Source of the DNA: a virus
Lineage: Duplodnaviria; Heunggongvirae; Uroviricota; Caudoviricetes
Strand: one strand, 5' to 3'
IMG/VR virus record: IMGVR_UViG_3300005573_001627
Length of the DNA stretch: 64,000 nt
Shown here: positions 9,408 to 18,950 of the stretch, one piece after another
Numbering within the stretch: position 1 is the first letter of the stretch
Layout of the letters: every line of letters begins with the position of its first letter
Made by a program: the position numbers and the translations under genes
The notes under the pieces: model-generated
What the model was told of the DNA's origin: nothing
The model's database searches: none
What the model saw: the letters and a program-made list of their open reading frames with translations, nothing else

Positions 9408-9881
9408 ATGAAAAAAAATAAAATGCAAGAAAGATATATGAAGTTAGGAATTTGCAAGAGATGTAAAAGATTACGTCCAATTTATCAAGTAGCGAAGCAA
9501 CTTTGTGCAAGTTGTAGGCAACTTGAGAGATTACACGAAAGTCCTAAAAGATATCAAGAATTTTTAGCAAAACAGAGAAAAAGAAACAAAAAGAATCGCA
9601 AAGCCAAGAGAGAATACAACTATAATTATTATAGAACAGGAGATAATGCAGAAAGAATGAAAGAATATGCCCATAAATATTATCAAGAGAATAAAGAAAA
9701 ATGCGATGAAGCAAGTAAAAAATGGAAAAAAGAACATCCTGAAAAAGTTAAAGCAAGTCAAAAAAAATATTATAATACTCATCAAGAAGCGAGAACAATT
9801 TCTCATAGAAAATGGGGTGAGAAAAAGAAAATGTTAAATAAATCAACCAAAAATTCTGAAAGGAGGATTAGTGAAGAATGA
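9408..9881 (+). CDS. basic zinc-ribbon protein (CKRCKR..CASC), KR-rich tail
   Basis: start moved to MKKNKMQ after leader repeat; ORF track began inside repeat. Confidence 0.5.
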   Translation: MKKNKMQERYMKLGICKRCKRLRPIYQVAKQLCASCRQLERLHESPKRYQEFLAKQRKRNKKNRKAKREYNYNYYRTGDNAERMKEYAHKYYQENKEKCDEASKKWKKEHPEKVKASQKKYYNTHQEARTISHRKWGEKKKMLNKSTKNSERRISEE

Positions 9882-10636
9882 AAAAGATACAACCACCCAC
9901 AAATAAATTGGTTAAGATAAAAGATATCGGTATAGATGAAAAACTTTATCCAAGAGCCCACGTTAATTACCAAACTCGTTCAAGATACTATAATGCAATA
10001 CAATCAGGCGCAATTTTACCACCTATCTGTGTTGCAAAAATAGAGAATGGAACGAAAAAATTTAGTTTGATTGATGGAAGACACAGAATTGAAGCGATGA
10101 CAGGATTGGGAGAAGAATATATCCAAGCCGAAGTCTATGAAGGATTGACCAAGAAAGAAATCTTTATCAAAGCAGTAGAACTGAATACAATTCACGGAAA
10201 ACCATTTGACGCTTTTGAAGTCGTTGGGATAACCCAAAAGTTAAAGGATGATTTTAAGATGACCTTAGAAGAAATTTCTGCAATTGTCAGAATTCCTGTT
10301 GATAAAATCGAGCCTTTTGTTGCAAAGAGAATAACTCGGATAATAGAAACTGGTGACCCAGTTGTCTTGAAAAAACCGTTATATGACTATGCAGGTATAG
10401 ATATATCAATTAATGATAATCTACCTCAGGAACAAAAGAAACTTGATGGGATTGCACAAATAAAGATGATTGAAGGAGTTATAACTTTAGTTCGTGGCGG
10501 ATACATTTCCAAAGTTGATGAAACTGTTGAACATCGTTTGAAGAAACTGTATAAACTGCTTAAAGCAAGATTTGAGGGCGAAAGTAACATTAATAAACTC
10601 CCTAAACCTAAAAAGGATAGGCAGAAGAAAAAATAA
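9878..10636 (+). CDS. ParB/Srx-like N-terminal domain protein
   Basis: LIDGRHRIEA (DGxHR) motif; 252 aa. Confidence 0.6.
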   Translation: MKKIQPPTNKLVKIKDIGIDEKLYPRAHVNYQTRSRYYNAIQSGAILPPICVAKIENGTKKFSLIDGRHRIEAMTGLGEEYIQAEVYEGLTKKEIFIKAVELNTIHGKPFDAFEVVGITQKLKDDFKMTLEEISAIVRIPVDKIEPFVAKRITRIIETGDPVVLKKPLYDYAGIDISINDNLPQEQKKLDGIAQIKMIEGVITLVRGGYISKVDETVEHRLKKLYKLLKARFEGESNINKLPKPKKDRQKKK

Positions 10637-10756
10637 CTAATCATACTTCTTGATGAGGGAAGTTGTGGTGTTGTCCTGTGGTGTCCTGTCACGTAATGTG
10701 GAGTTCGGTAGCGTACTGTATTGTTCTGTCCTGTATCGTATGGCAAGGAGTTTATT
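10637..10756 (+). repeat. G+T-rich leader unit
   Basis: GTGGTGTTGTCCTGT..GTATGGCAAGGAG then ATG. Confidence 0.55.
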
Positions 10757-10951
10757 ATGAAAAAGGATAAAACATCAAAGATTGATGAAGCAAGAGAAAT
10801 AATCAGCGAATTAAAGGTTAAAGATTTTAAAGAAGAAAATCTTATTATTGCTTTAACCAAATTAAAGACATTATTGGATGAAACCTTTGAACTAATTAAA
10901 TTCAGGAAGAGTAGAGATTTACCTTATGTGATGAAAGATGGCAATATTTAA
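10757..10951 (+). CDS. small hypothetical protein
   Basis: start at MKKDKT after leader. Confidence 0.45.
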   Translation: MKKDKTSKIDEAREIISELKVKDFKEENLIIALTKLKTLLDETFELIKFRKSRDLPYVMKDGNI

Positions 10952-11213
10952 TATGGATGATATCGAAAAGCGAAGGCAAGAAGAAGCAAAGAAAAAGATA
11001 TCGAGAGATGCTTCTGACGTTGTAGAAGAGGTTATCAATAATCTTGAAGACGCTTTGAAGAAAAAGAAAGCAGAAAGAAACAAGAAGAAACCATTTTGGT
11101 TAAAATTCTTTAAGTTTCTTGGAATAATTATATTATTAATATTTATACTTGATTTATTATTTGGGAGTATTTGGTTATTGAGATTTTTCATTAAATCGCT
11201 ATTTCATATTTAG
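10938..11213 (+). CDS. small protein with C-terminal TM
   Basis: 91-aa ORF, hydrophobic C-term. Confidence 0.45.
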   Translation: MAIFNMDDIEKRRQEEAKKKISRDASDVVEEVINNLEDALKKKKAERNKKKPFWLKFFKFLGIIILLIFILDLLFGSIWLLRFFIKSLFHI

Positions 11214-11289
11214 TTCGGTTTAGTTCAGTAATCTGCGTTAGCGTATTGCTGTGTCAGGTTTTGTAATGTAATGCGAGGAAAAATCAAAT
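11214..11289 (+). repeat. G+T-rich leader unit
   Basis: GTTTTGTAATGTAATGCGAGGAAAAATCAAAT then ATG. Confidence 0.5.
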
Positions 11290-11448
11290 ATGAAAAATGA
11301 TGAAAGATGTAAATTCTACAATAGCAGATTTAGAAGTTGTTGTCATAAAGACAATAGCGATAGGAGGAGCAGGAAACGGTGTGGACATTATCGCTTACTC
11401 CGAAAGAGGTGTGAAGATGAATTTTGTCCTTTGAAAAATGATAATTAA
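11290..11448 (+). CDS. 52-aa Cys-rich basic peptide (not in ORF track)
   Basis: MKNDERCKFY..SCCH..RCGH..RCEDEFC; ends with ATGATAATTAA overlap into next gene. Confidence 0.35.
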   Translation: MKNDERCKFYNSRFRSCCHKDNSDRRSRKRCGHYRLLRKRCEDEFCPLKNDN

Positions 11449-11707
11449 TGAAAGATTAAAAAATATGAAGAATGAAGGAAAAAGACTAATTTTCCGAGGA
11501 AGATGTGCTGAATGTGGAAAGAAAGTCTATATTATAGACCATCATATGATTACCAAAAAACTTTTGAAATACCTTATTGAAGTTGGTGGATTTTGTAAAA
11601 AAGATATAATCACATTAAGAAATCAATTAAAAGTAAGAATTTGCGAGGAATGTGAAGAAAAATTTCATAATGGGGAGTTTTATAATGAACAAAGAAAAAG
11701 AAAATGA
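11438..11707 (+). CDS. zinc-ribbon protein
   Basis: CAECGKK..CEECEEKFH. Confidence 0.45.
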   Translation: MIINERLKNMKNEGKRLIFRGRCAECGKKVYIIDHHMITKKLLKYLIEVGGFCKKDIITLRNQLKVRICEECEEKFHNGEFYNEQRKRK

Positions 11708-11933
11708 ATTGGCCTTAGCGGAATTGGGAGACAAATTAATGCAAGAGAAATTAGAACTTAAGGAAGAACTCAAGATAATAGATATGAAAATTAAAATCCT
11801 TGATAAAAAAATCCAAAAGCAAGGGAAAGAAAAAGCAAATCCTAATTTCTTTTTTATGAAGTTTATTGCTCAAAATAGAGGATATAGGGTTATGAAAAGA
11901 TTAGAAGAAATCGAGAAGGAGAATAAAAAATGA
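11652..11933 (+). CDS. coiled-coil hypothetical protein
   Basis: 93-aa ORF, start uncertain. Confidence 0.35.
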   Translation: MKKNFIMGSFIMNKEKENELALAELGDKLMQEKLELKEELKIIDMKIKILDKKIQKQGKEKANPNFFFMKFIAQNRGYRVMKRLEEIEKENKK

Positions 11934-12688
11934 CAAATTTGATAATTAATAGTTATAAAAGAAATCTTCCAAAATTTGAAGAAATTTATAAATTATATAC
12001 AGAAATCGTAAACTTAAACCGCAAACACGATGAAGTTATGACCAAGGTTATAAGATATTATAATATCATCTTCAAAAATATTTCTTCTACCAGAAAGATA
12101 GTCCGTTTAAAAGGAAGGAATAAAGCTTTTGTAGTGACCAAGACAGGGTTAAGTCAGAAAGATGAATATCAAATTAATTCAATTAGTCTTACTGCAATTC
12201 CAAAAATAGATTTTTTTAATGATTTGGTTCTGATTTCAAAACCTGAAAATAAAAAAGAATTTAAGAAAGTGTTATCAAGACAGAAATATAAAATATTCTG
12301 CAATTTCTTAAAAAAAGCCAAATTATTAGAAATAAAAAATTCATTTGAAATAGCAAATGCAAATAAATCTGTATTAGAATACAAAAAAATACAAACTCCT
12401 ACGATGATAGAAAAAATAATCTTAAATTATACAACTTTAGAGATATACCCAGCCCATTTTGGAGGTAAAATCCAAATCCCTTTATATGGTTTATCTTTTG
12501 ATAGTATGTCTTTATTAGAACAGATATTCCCTGAAGCAAAAAGACTATTGAAAACAGCAAAGAAGAATAAAGAAAAAGAGATTGAAAATCTGCTTAAATT
12601 TATAGAATATCTTAAAGTAAAATTTGAAAATCAATTAGTTTTAGAAGAATTATATGCAAAACCGAGAAAAGATATATTCAAAGATTAA
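11930..12688 (+). CDS. hypothetical protein
   Basis: 252-aa ORF, ATGA overlap. Confidence 0.5.
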   Translation: MTNLIINSYKRNLPKFEEIYKLYTEIVNLNRKHDEVMTKVIRYYNIIFKNISSTRKIVRLKGRNKAFVVTKTGLSQKDEYQINSISLTAIPKIDFFNDLVLISKPENKKEFKKVLSRQKYKIFCNFLKKAKLLEIKNSFEIANANKSVLEYKKIQTPTMIEKIILNYTTLEIYPAHFGGKIQIPLYGLSFDSMSLLEQIFPEAKRLLKTAKKNKEKEIENLLKFIEYLKVKFENQLVLEELYAKPRKDIFKD

Positions 12689-12836
12689 TAATAATCATTA
12701 ATGTCCTGTCTGGCTGCCAACTTTGGAGAAAGGTATAAATAGCCATTTATCTTAATTAATATTCAAGCGTTGTTTGGAACTGTATGGTTCTCCAACGTAT
12801 TGTTATGTGAGGCGAAACAAGGTATGGAAAAGAAAA
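12689..12836 (+). repeat. G+T-rich leader unit(s)
   Basis: GTATTGTTATGTGAGG..GGTATGGAAAAGAAAA. Confidence 0.5.
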
Positions 12837-13187
12837 ATGAAAGTCAAAGATGCATCCTTTGAGGATACACACTGTTATTTTGCATTATGCGAGAATTGTG
12901 GCTCAAAGGTATGGTTTGAAGATGAGAAAGAAGTAAATTCGCTTGAGGAAGACGGCTCACAATTAACTAAAAGAACTATCCAAGATTTTTTGGAAGATTT
13001 TGATTATGAAGAATATCCAAAATGTTATGAATGTGAAAAAAAATTAAGCATTATATCTTTTAAAACAATTCCAAAAAATGAACGGAAAAAAGTATTCAAA
13101 ATGTCGAATGAAGAAAGAAAGCAATGGATGATTAATTTGCGAGTATTCAAGAATTTGGCTAAGGAAGAGTGGAAAGATTTAGAATAA
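12837..13187 (+). CDS. zinc-ribbon protein
   Basis: start at MKVKD; CENCGSK..CYECEKK. Confidence 0.45.
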   Translation: MKVKDASFEDTHCYFALCENCGSKVWFEDEKEVNSLEEDGSQLTKRTIQDFLEDFDYEEYPKCYECEKKLSIISFKTIPKNERKKVFKMSNEERKQWMINLRVFKNLAKEEWKDLE

Positions 13188-13312
13188 TATATCATATTTT
13201 CCTGTATGGTATTGTATAAATATCGTCTGGTTCGGACTGGTTTTGTTGGGGGGGTACTGTCCTGTTAAGTTCGGCGCTGTGCGGTTTGGATAAAAATGAA
13301 AGAGGTAACAAT
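13188..13312 (+). repeat. G+T-rich leader unit with G7 run
   Basis: atatcatattttcc box; GTTGGGGGGGTACTGTCCTGTTAAG. Confidence 0.5.
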
Positions 13313-13666
13313 ATGAACCAACAAAAAATAAATGAAAAAATTTTGGATGAACTGCAGTTCGGATTTAGTTGCGAGAAGAAGATACACGACGGATGGAAAG
13401 AATTTGAACGATTTAAGAAGCAGAAAGACATTCCTAAAAATCTCACTAATGTTTTAAGACAACATTTTGGAAAATGGCAATATGTCTATCATTCAGAAAA
13501 AGGAACAATTTCATTAATTAGGATATCTATCTCTTTCCCTTTAAAAGGCAAGGATAAATGGACTTGGGAGATGTATAGTAATGAAACATTATTTCCTGAT
13601 GTTATTAGATTTAGAACTAAGAAAGAAGCAGATAAGGCAATAAGAGAATATCTTTGTTGTAACTAA
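13313..13666 (+). CDS. hypothetical protein
   Basis: start at MNQQK after leader. Confidence 0.45.
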   Translation: MNQQKINEKILDELQFGFSCEKKIHDGWKEFERFKKQKDIPKNLTNVLRQHFGKWQYVYHSEKGTISLIRISISFPLKGKDKWTWEMYSNETLFPDVIRFRTKKEADKAIREYLCCN

Positions 13667-13737
13667 AGAGGCACGAAAGGTTTAAAAAGGGGTTTTGCAT
13701 ACGATTAATAATCAAAATAAGAGGTGTCAAATGAAAA

Positions 13738-14765
13738 ATGGAAGAAAAAATAATAGAAATACCGATAAATAAGGTTAAACCCAACCCAAATCAGCCAAGG
13801 AAAGAATTTAATAAAGAAGAATTAGATGAACTTATACAAAGCATAAAAACAAATGGGCAACTTACCCTATTACAGTTTATAAAGAAAAAGATTATTGGAT
13901 TATTGTTTCGGGAGAAAGAAGATTAAGAGCAATCAAGGTGCTTAAATTAAAAACAATAAAAGCAATAGAAAAGAAATATACTGATGAAAAAGCAAAGAAA
14001 ATTGAAGCGATTGTAGAAAATATACACCACGAAGCATTAAAAGAAGAAGAAAAATATAAGTATTTTAAGGAAATAATGGACACAGAAGGTATTAAGACTC
14101 TTTCTGAATTATCCAAAAAAACAGGTGTTGCAACAACAAGTTTAAATAATTTATTTGAGATTTATGAAACGAGACAAAGTCTTGATAAGGATTTGCAAAA
14201 AGAAGCAACATCTGCCGTTATTCTTGAAACATTAAGACTACCCAAATCAGAAAGGGAAAAAGTCATCAAATATGCTACAAAAAAGGATATTGGCGGTAGG
14301 CCCGTAAGAGAATTCGTTAAGAAATTAAAGAATATAGACAAAGAAGAAGTAAAAGAAGCATTATTCAAAGAAGATATTACTATGGAACAAGCCGAAAGGA
14401 TTACCAAATTGAATACGCCTGAAGCCAGAAAGAAAGCCATAGAAGAACATAAAACTATTCAAGTTATTGAGAAGGGTGTTGAAAGGAACATTAAAAATCA
14501 GATGACGGCTAAAGAAAAAAGAGAATTAGAGAAGAAGTTGATACAAATTCATCAGATGAATATGTCACTGCGAAATGCAGTTACGGATAGTTATTCTGCA
14601 ATAGAGAAAACATTAAAAATAATCAAAACTATGATAATTAGTATTCCTTATATGGACGAAAAGGAAAAACATAAATTTGATATAGAACTTGGGCGGCTAC
14701 TTGAGATATTAGAAAGAGGTTCTCAGTTGGTTGACCAAATTAAGGAGAAAATGAAAGATGAGTAA
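13738..14765 (+). pseudogene. ParB-family protein split by a frameshift near 13860
   Basis: frame 1 gives ..IPINKVKPNPNQPRKEF..SIKTNGQL, frame 0 continues YPITVYKEKDYWIIVSGERRLRAI into the 13938 ORF (GTG start in track). Confidence 0.5.
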
Positions 14766-15027
14766 AGATTTACGAATTCCAATAACGATGGAAATTCCTC
14801 CAGAAGTATCTTCAGCAGTCGAGGATAGAGTTTCTGAAGACGTAGCCTATGTAGTTGCACGAGAAAAGGCAATAGAAAAAACATATAATAATCTCAAGAA
14901 GCGGACTTCTATCAGAAAATTAGGAGAATATCTTTTAAATAATTGGACTAAAGGAGAATTTATCATAAGTGACATCTGTAGAGCCACTGGCTCAAAAGAA
15001 AAATGTAATAAAAATGCATATTGCTGA
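14758..15027 (+). CDS. hypothetical protein
   Basis: 89-aa ORF, ATGA overlap. Confidence 0.4.
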   Translation: MSKDLRIPITMEIPPEVSSAVEDRVSEDVAYVVAREKAIEKTYNNLKKRTSIRKLGEYLLNNWTKGEFIISDICRATGSKEKCNKNAYC

Positions 15028-15036
15028 TTTAAATTT

Positions 15037-15294
15037 TTGGAGGCAATTCCCCTCAAATTAATTCCCGTTCCAAAAAAAGCAGGGCATTTACAAAGTGTGT
15101 TAAAGGATATTAATATTACTGAAAAGTATTTGAGAAGAAAATCAAGGACTATTGCAAGTATGGAACAAGTTTATGAGAATATGGACAGTCAAGTAAGGGT
15201 AAAAAAAGAAGAATATGCTCATAAGACAAGTTCTAAAGTAAAAGCAGAGGCAAAAGAAAAAGAAAAAGAAAAGGAACAAAATAATCTCGATTAA
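15037..15294 (+). CDS. small KE-rich protein
   Basis: 85-aa ORF. Confidence 0.35.
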   Translation: MEAIPLKLIPVPKKAGHLQSVLKDINITEKYLRRKSRTIASMEQVYENMDSQVRVKKEEYAHKTSSKVKAEAKEKEKEKEQNNLD

Positions 15295-15340
15295 TTGATT
15301 GTAAGGAAGATAAGATAAAATAAATAAAAACGAAACATTT

Positions 15341-15355
15341 AAATACCCATTTATC
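15341..15355 (+). promoter_or_regulatory. archaeal BRE/TATA promoter CGAAACATTTAAATA
   Basis: identical 15-mer also at 40384; ~35 nt upstream of ATG 15387. Confidence 0.6.
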
Positions 15356-15386
15356 GTCTATTATTAAACTTAATGAACAAGGAAAA

Positions 15387-16295
15387 ATGAAAATAAAATT
15401 AAGCAATAACTCAACATTTGAAATCCACGACGAGATATTGACTATTGAAGAATTCTTAACTCTTGCGGATAAATTAAGAGAATTAACTTTATTATCACGA
15501 GGATTTGAAGAACAAAAAAGTTTTCAAATAATCCCCTCTCCTTCTCCAGAACAAGAATTTCAAGTTCCTGAAACAGAAGAAAAAAAAGAAACAGAACAGG
15601 AAGACTTGCCTTTGGATGAGAGAATTTATAAATTAAAAAAAGAAGGAAATGAATTTAGCCAAATTGCAAAGGCCTATAATATTCCTACATCAGAAGCAAG
15701 AAGACTATTCCAAAGAGTTTATCAGAGAAATTGGATGAGGAAAAATGCTAAAAAAACAAAAGGAAAAGAAAAAGAAACAACAGGTAAAAAAAGGAAAAGA
15801 AGGGCTCCTTTTGGAATGAAATGGACAAGCAGAGATGAAGTCCTTAATGCAGTTAAAGTTCATTATTTTGGAACAGCAAAAGATAAAGAAAATATTGCTC
15901 GAGCAAGAGGGAAACCTTGGAATGATATAGTTAAGAGTTTTTGGAATTTATGTAAAAGATATAATATCAAACCTGCGGATTTAGGATTAAAGAAATGGGG
16001 CAAAGTGCGAGGAAAGAAAAATGAGATACCAAAATTCTCGGCTCCTGAAGCGGTTGTTCAAAAAGATGAAGTATTAAGCATAGCAGAAAAGCAATTTGTC
16101 GAGTTCTTTAACAATTATTTAAACAAAGGTGGTAGCGAAACTGAACTTAGACAAGCAGTATTATTATTAAGAGAATGGTTAAAAAGTCAAGGGAAAGCAG
16201 GAAGTGTTCAAGAAGTGCTTGATTTTCTTGGAGCAAGGGTAAAATCATTAAGACCCCTTATTCAACCTGCAAAACTTGAAGAATGGTTTAGATAA
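15387..16295 (+). CDS. acidic/basic protein with HTH-like segment
   Basis: 302 aa; EFSQIAKAYNIPTSEARRLFQRV resembles sigma-region-4/terminase-small HTH. Confidence 0.45.
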   Translation: MKIKLSNNSTFEIHDEILTIEEFLTLADKLRELTLLSRGFEEQKSFQIIPSPSPEQEFQVPETEEKKETEQEDLPLDERIYKLKKEGNEFSQIAKAYNIPTSEARRLFQRVYQRNWMRKNAKKTKGKEKETTGKKRKRRAPFGMKWTSRDEVLNAVKVHYFGTAKDKENIARARGKPWNDIVKSFWNLCKRYNIKPADLGLKKWGKVRGKKNEIPKFSAPEAVVQKDEVLSIAEKQFVEFFNNYLNKGGSETELRQAVLLLREWLKSQGKAGSVQEVLDFLGARVKSLRPLIQPAKLEEWFR

Positions 16296-16308
16296 ATAAA
16301 GGAGAATA

Positions 16309-17100
16309 TTGGTTATGGATTTAGATAGATGTCGTGTTATAGCAGTGCTTGGAGATATTGATACTTGTAAAACAAATCTCGCAATCTACTTGTTAAGGCA
16401 ATATCGTGGAGACCGACAAATTTATTTATTGGGGTATCCTAAACAAATAGATAATTTTAAAACACTTACAAATTTTAATGATTTATTTAAGATTTCTGAC
16501 GGAATTGTGTTTATTGATGAAATTCAAAGATTTATCAAGAGTTATGAACATCATAAAAATACAGCGTTACAAGAATTAATGAGTTTCTTTGCACATAATA
16601 ATTTAACTTTGATTATGACTACTCAACTTTCACAATTTATAACAAAAGGAACTGAAGCATTTGTTGATACTTGGTGTTTCACAAGAATAAGTGATATTCA
16701 AAGTCTAAAAAACGGAAGCAAACCTAAACGAATAATCCAATCAACAGTCCATCCACGCTGCACTTCTTGGGCTTTGGCCTTACCACTTGGAGAATATTTA
16801 GAACATAATGATAATAATTTACTTGGTGATAATGGAGTCAAAAGTTTTCCAAATCAAGGAATTCAGAAAGATTGGCGAAATAAAATTAGTTTTGAAGATG
16901 ACCAAACTCAAAATTCCCAACAAAATTCCCAAAAAAATAGCGCGGGAAATTCCCAAATTTCTTCCCAAAAATCCCCACAAAATTCCCCAAATCAAACTGA
17001 TTTAACTATCCAAACTTCTGAAGTTGAGAATCATGAGAGCTCTAATGACCATTTTACGCTTAAAAATAAACAAAATTTGAGGAAAAATGGAAGAAACTAA
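16309..17100 (+). CDS. P-loop NTPase (deviant Walker A) with Q/N/S-rich repeat tail
   Basis: VLGDIDTCKTN Walker A-like, IVFIDEIQRF Walker B; C-term NSQQNSQKNS.. repeats. Confidence 0.5.
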   Translation: MVMDLDRCRVIAVLGDIDTCKTNLAIYLLRQYRGDRQIYLLGYPKQIDNFKTLTNFNDLFKISDGIVFIDEIQRFIKSYEHHKNTALQELMSFFAHNNLTLIMTTQLSQFITKGTEAFVDTWCFTRISDIQSLKNGSKPKRIIQSTVHPRCTSWALALPLGEYLEHNDNNLLGDNGVKSFPNQGIQKDWRNKISFEDDQTQNSQQNSQKNSAGNSQISSQKSPQNSPNQTDLTIQTSEVENHESSNDHFTLKNKQNLRKNGRN

Positions 17101-17245
17101 AGAAAATTCATTAAAAAAATCGGGGAGTCGTAGTAAAAGGTTCGATTCCCTTGATTAATGACTATTTTATGCATAATTTTCTATTAAAAATATAAAAAAA
17201 TGGCTATAAAATCACATTCAAATTAAATTTGGAGGAAATACGAAA

Positions 17246-17332
17246 ATGGTAGACTGGTGGGGCATCAACGATGCCGCTTATGCAGATGAAGAAGTAGAAG
17301 AAGTTGAAGATACCGATACTGATACTGAATAA
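17246..17332 (+). CDS. 28-aa acidic peptide (MVDWWGINDAAYADEEVEEVEDTDTDTE)
   Basis: preceded by TTAAATTTGGAGGAAA; paralogous arrangement at 48813. Confidence 0.3.
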   Translation: MVDWWGINDAAYADEEVEEVEDTDTDTE

Positions 17333-17508
17333 AATCATATTCAAGTTAAGTTAAGTATTGTATTGCAAACTCTTGTATTGTAACGCATTGTCCTGTAAGG
17401 TTTTGTTTAGTTTGGAATTTAATTATAATCATATTCGAGGCTGAGTCAGGTGGGGTGGCGTCCTGTCCTGTATTGTATGGTACTGCTTTGTATGGAGTTT
17501 TAAATAAA
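17333..17508 (+). repeat. two tandem G+T-rich leader units
   Basis: aatcatattcaagtt.. and aatcatattcgaggc.. boxes; ends GTATGGAGTTTTAAATAAA then ATG. Confidence 0.6.
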
Positions 17509-17799
17509 ATGATGAGCGAAAAACAATTAAGAGAAAAAGTGAATTACTTAAAGAGAGAACTAGCGATTTATGAAGAAATCCTGAATACCAAAAAGGATGG
17601 AAGTATGGGGAGACCGAAAGGTAGCGTAAAATATACCGATGAGCAAGTTGCTTTCCTGAGAAAAAATAAAGATGTGCTTATGAAAGAATTAATTTTAATG
17701 TTCAATTTAGAATTTAAAACAAATTATCCTCCACAAACAAGGGCATTATATAATTTTATGTGCAGAGAAGGAATTTTAGAATATGAAGAAAGAAAATAA
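17509..17799 (+). CDS. hypothetical protein
   Basis: start at MMSEKQLREK after leader. Confidence 0.45.
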   Translation: MMSEKQLREKVNYLKRELAIYEEILNTKKDGSMGRPKGSVKYTDEQVAFLRKNKDVLMKELILMFNLEFKTNYPPQTRALYNFMCREGILEYEERK

Positions 17800-18010
17800 A
17801 ATAAGAATATTTAGAATTATTGGGGTAGTAATTTTATTGGTTTGGTGCATTATTTATGCTTACACAATGGTTTGGTCGTTTAGTCAAGTAAATTTATCCA
17901 AAGCGCCAAATGAAGTTTTTTATTATATATTCACACCAGTCTATACTTTATGTTTTGGTTTAATAGGGTTTCCAATTGTTGTAGCAATATGGAGCCTAGG
18001 AAGAATTTAA
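17783..18010 (+). CDS. small membrane protein
   Basis: 2 TM segments. Confidence 0.4.
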   Translation: MKKENKIRIFRIIGVVILLVWCIIYAYTMVWSFSQVNLSKAPNEVFYYIFTPVYTLCFGLIGFPIVVAIWSLGRI

Positions 18011-18058
18011 ATACCTAAACATATATAGGATAAAATGAAAGATGAAGAACAATAAAAA

Positions 18059-18280
18059 ATGGTTAAACATGGATTTATATTAGGATGGGTAATTGCTTGG
18101 GTACTTGTTTCTTATTGGAAACAATATATAGAACCAAAAGTAGGATTTTGGTGGAGTATTGCATTTTTTTTCTTTGGATTAGTTTTTGGAACAATTATCC
18201 AAACTGTGATGGACAGAGCCGAGAAAAAAAGAAAAATGAAGAAGGAATTAAAAAATGAAGAAGAAGAAAGAAGATATTAA
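18059..18280 (+). CDS. small membrane protein
   Basis: 2 TM, basic tail. Confidence 0.4.
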   Translation: MVKHGFILGWVIAWVLVSYWKQYIEPKVGFWWSIAFFFFGLVFGTIIQTVMDRAEKKRKMKKELKNEEEERRY

Positions 18281-18569
18281 GAAAAAAAATAAGAAAAAAT
18301 CAAGACCGATTACTGTCAGTGATATGTGGGATTTTATTGGATGTCTATTCTTCAGTGCTTTGTTTGGGCTTTTTGCTTTTCTATTAGGAAATTATCTATA
18401 TCATTGTAATTGGGCTTGTGAGGGAAATAATTGTGAAGGGATATTTTTACTTGGATTTGGAATTATTGGGCTTATCGTTCTTGCTTTGGCCTTCATTTCT
18501 GTCGTTTGTTTTATTATGGCTTGGACAGCACTATTATCAGAAAAATATGAAGGGACAGAAGAAGAATGA
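18255..18569 (+). CDS. small membrane protein with CNWACEGNNCEG
   Basis: 104-aa ORF. Confidence 0.4.
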   Translation: MKKKKEDIKKKNKKKSRPITVSDMWDFIGCLFFSALFGLFAFLLGNYLYHCNWACEGNNCEGIFLLGFGIIGLIVLALAFISVVCFIMAWTALLSEKYEGTEEE

Positions 18570-18754
18570 TGAAAAAAGAATACCTAAAATGTGAAAAATG
18601 TGGGAAGATTATTTTTCAAGTGAAAAAAATAAGAGATACAAAAGATGGCGGGATGTTTGCAAAATTGATTTGCTCTAAATGTAAAACAAGGTTAGTGTTC
18701 CCAAAGGGCATAACCCAAGTAGTAATTCAGAAATATGACAAAAAGAAAATATAA
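18566..18754 (+). CDS. zinc-ribbon protein
   Basis: CEKCGK..CSKCKT. Confidence 0.45.
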   Translation: MMKKEYLKCEKCGKIIFQVKKIRDTKDGGMFAKLICSKCKTRLVFPKGITQVVIQKYDKKKI

Positions 18755-18950
18755 ATTGGCCATAACAATTATTGGAGAAATAATGTTCTTTATAGTTTTA
18801 CTTTTACTCTTTACTTGGTTATGGCATTTTATTGGGATTACTGCTGAAGATTTCTATACAGGAAGATTTTGGTGGATTTTATTTTGTGTAGTTGGTTTGA
18901 TGTTATGGGAATTATTTAAAGATAAATTCAATAATAGGTGGTGGAATTAA
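18735..18950 (+). CDS. small membrane protein
   Basis: 71-aa hydrophobic ORF. Confidence 0.4.
   Translation: MTKRKYKLAITIIGEIMFFIVLLLLFTWLWHFIGITAEDFYTGRFWWILFCVVGLMLWELFKDKFNNRWWN

Noticed and set aside
13738-13926. Stand-alone 62-aa ParB N-fragment as an intact gene
   Set aside because: The conserved ParB continuation is present in the adjacent frame, so it is treated as one frameshifted gene.
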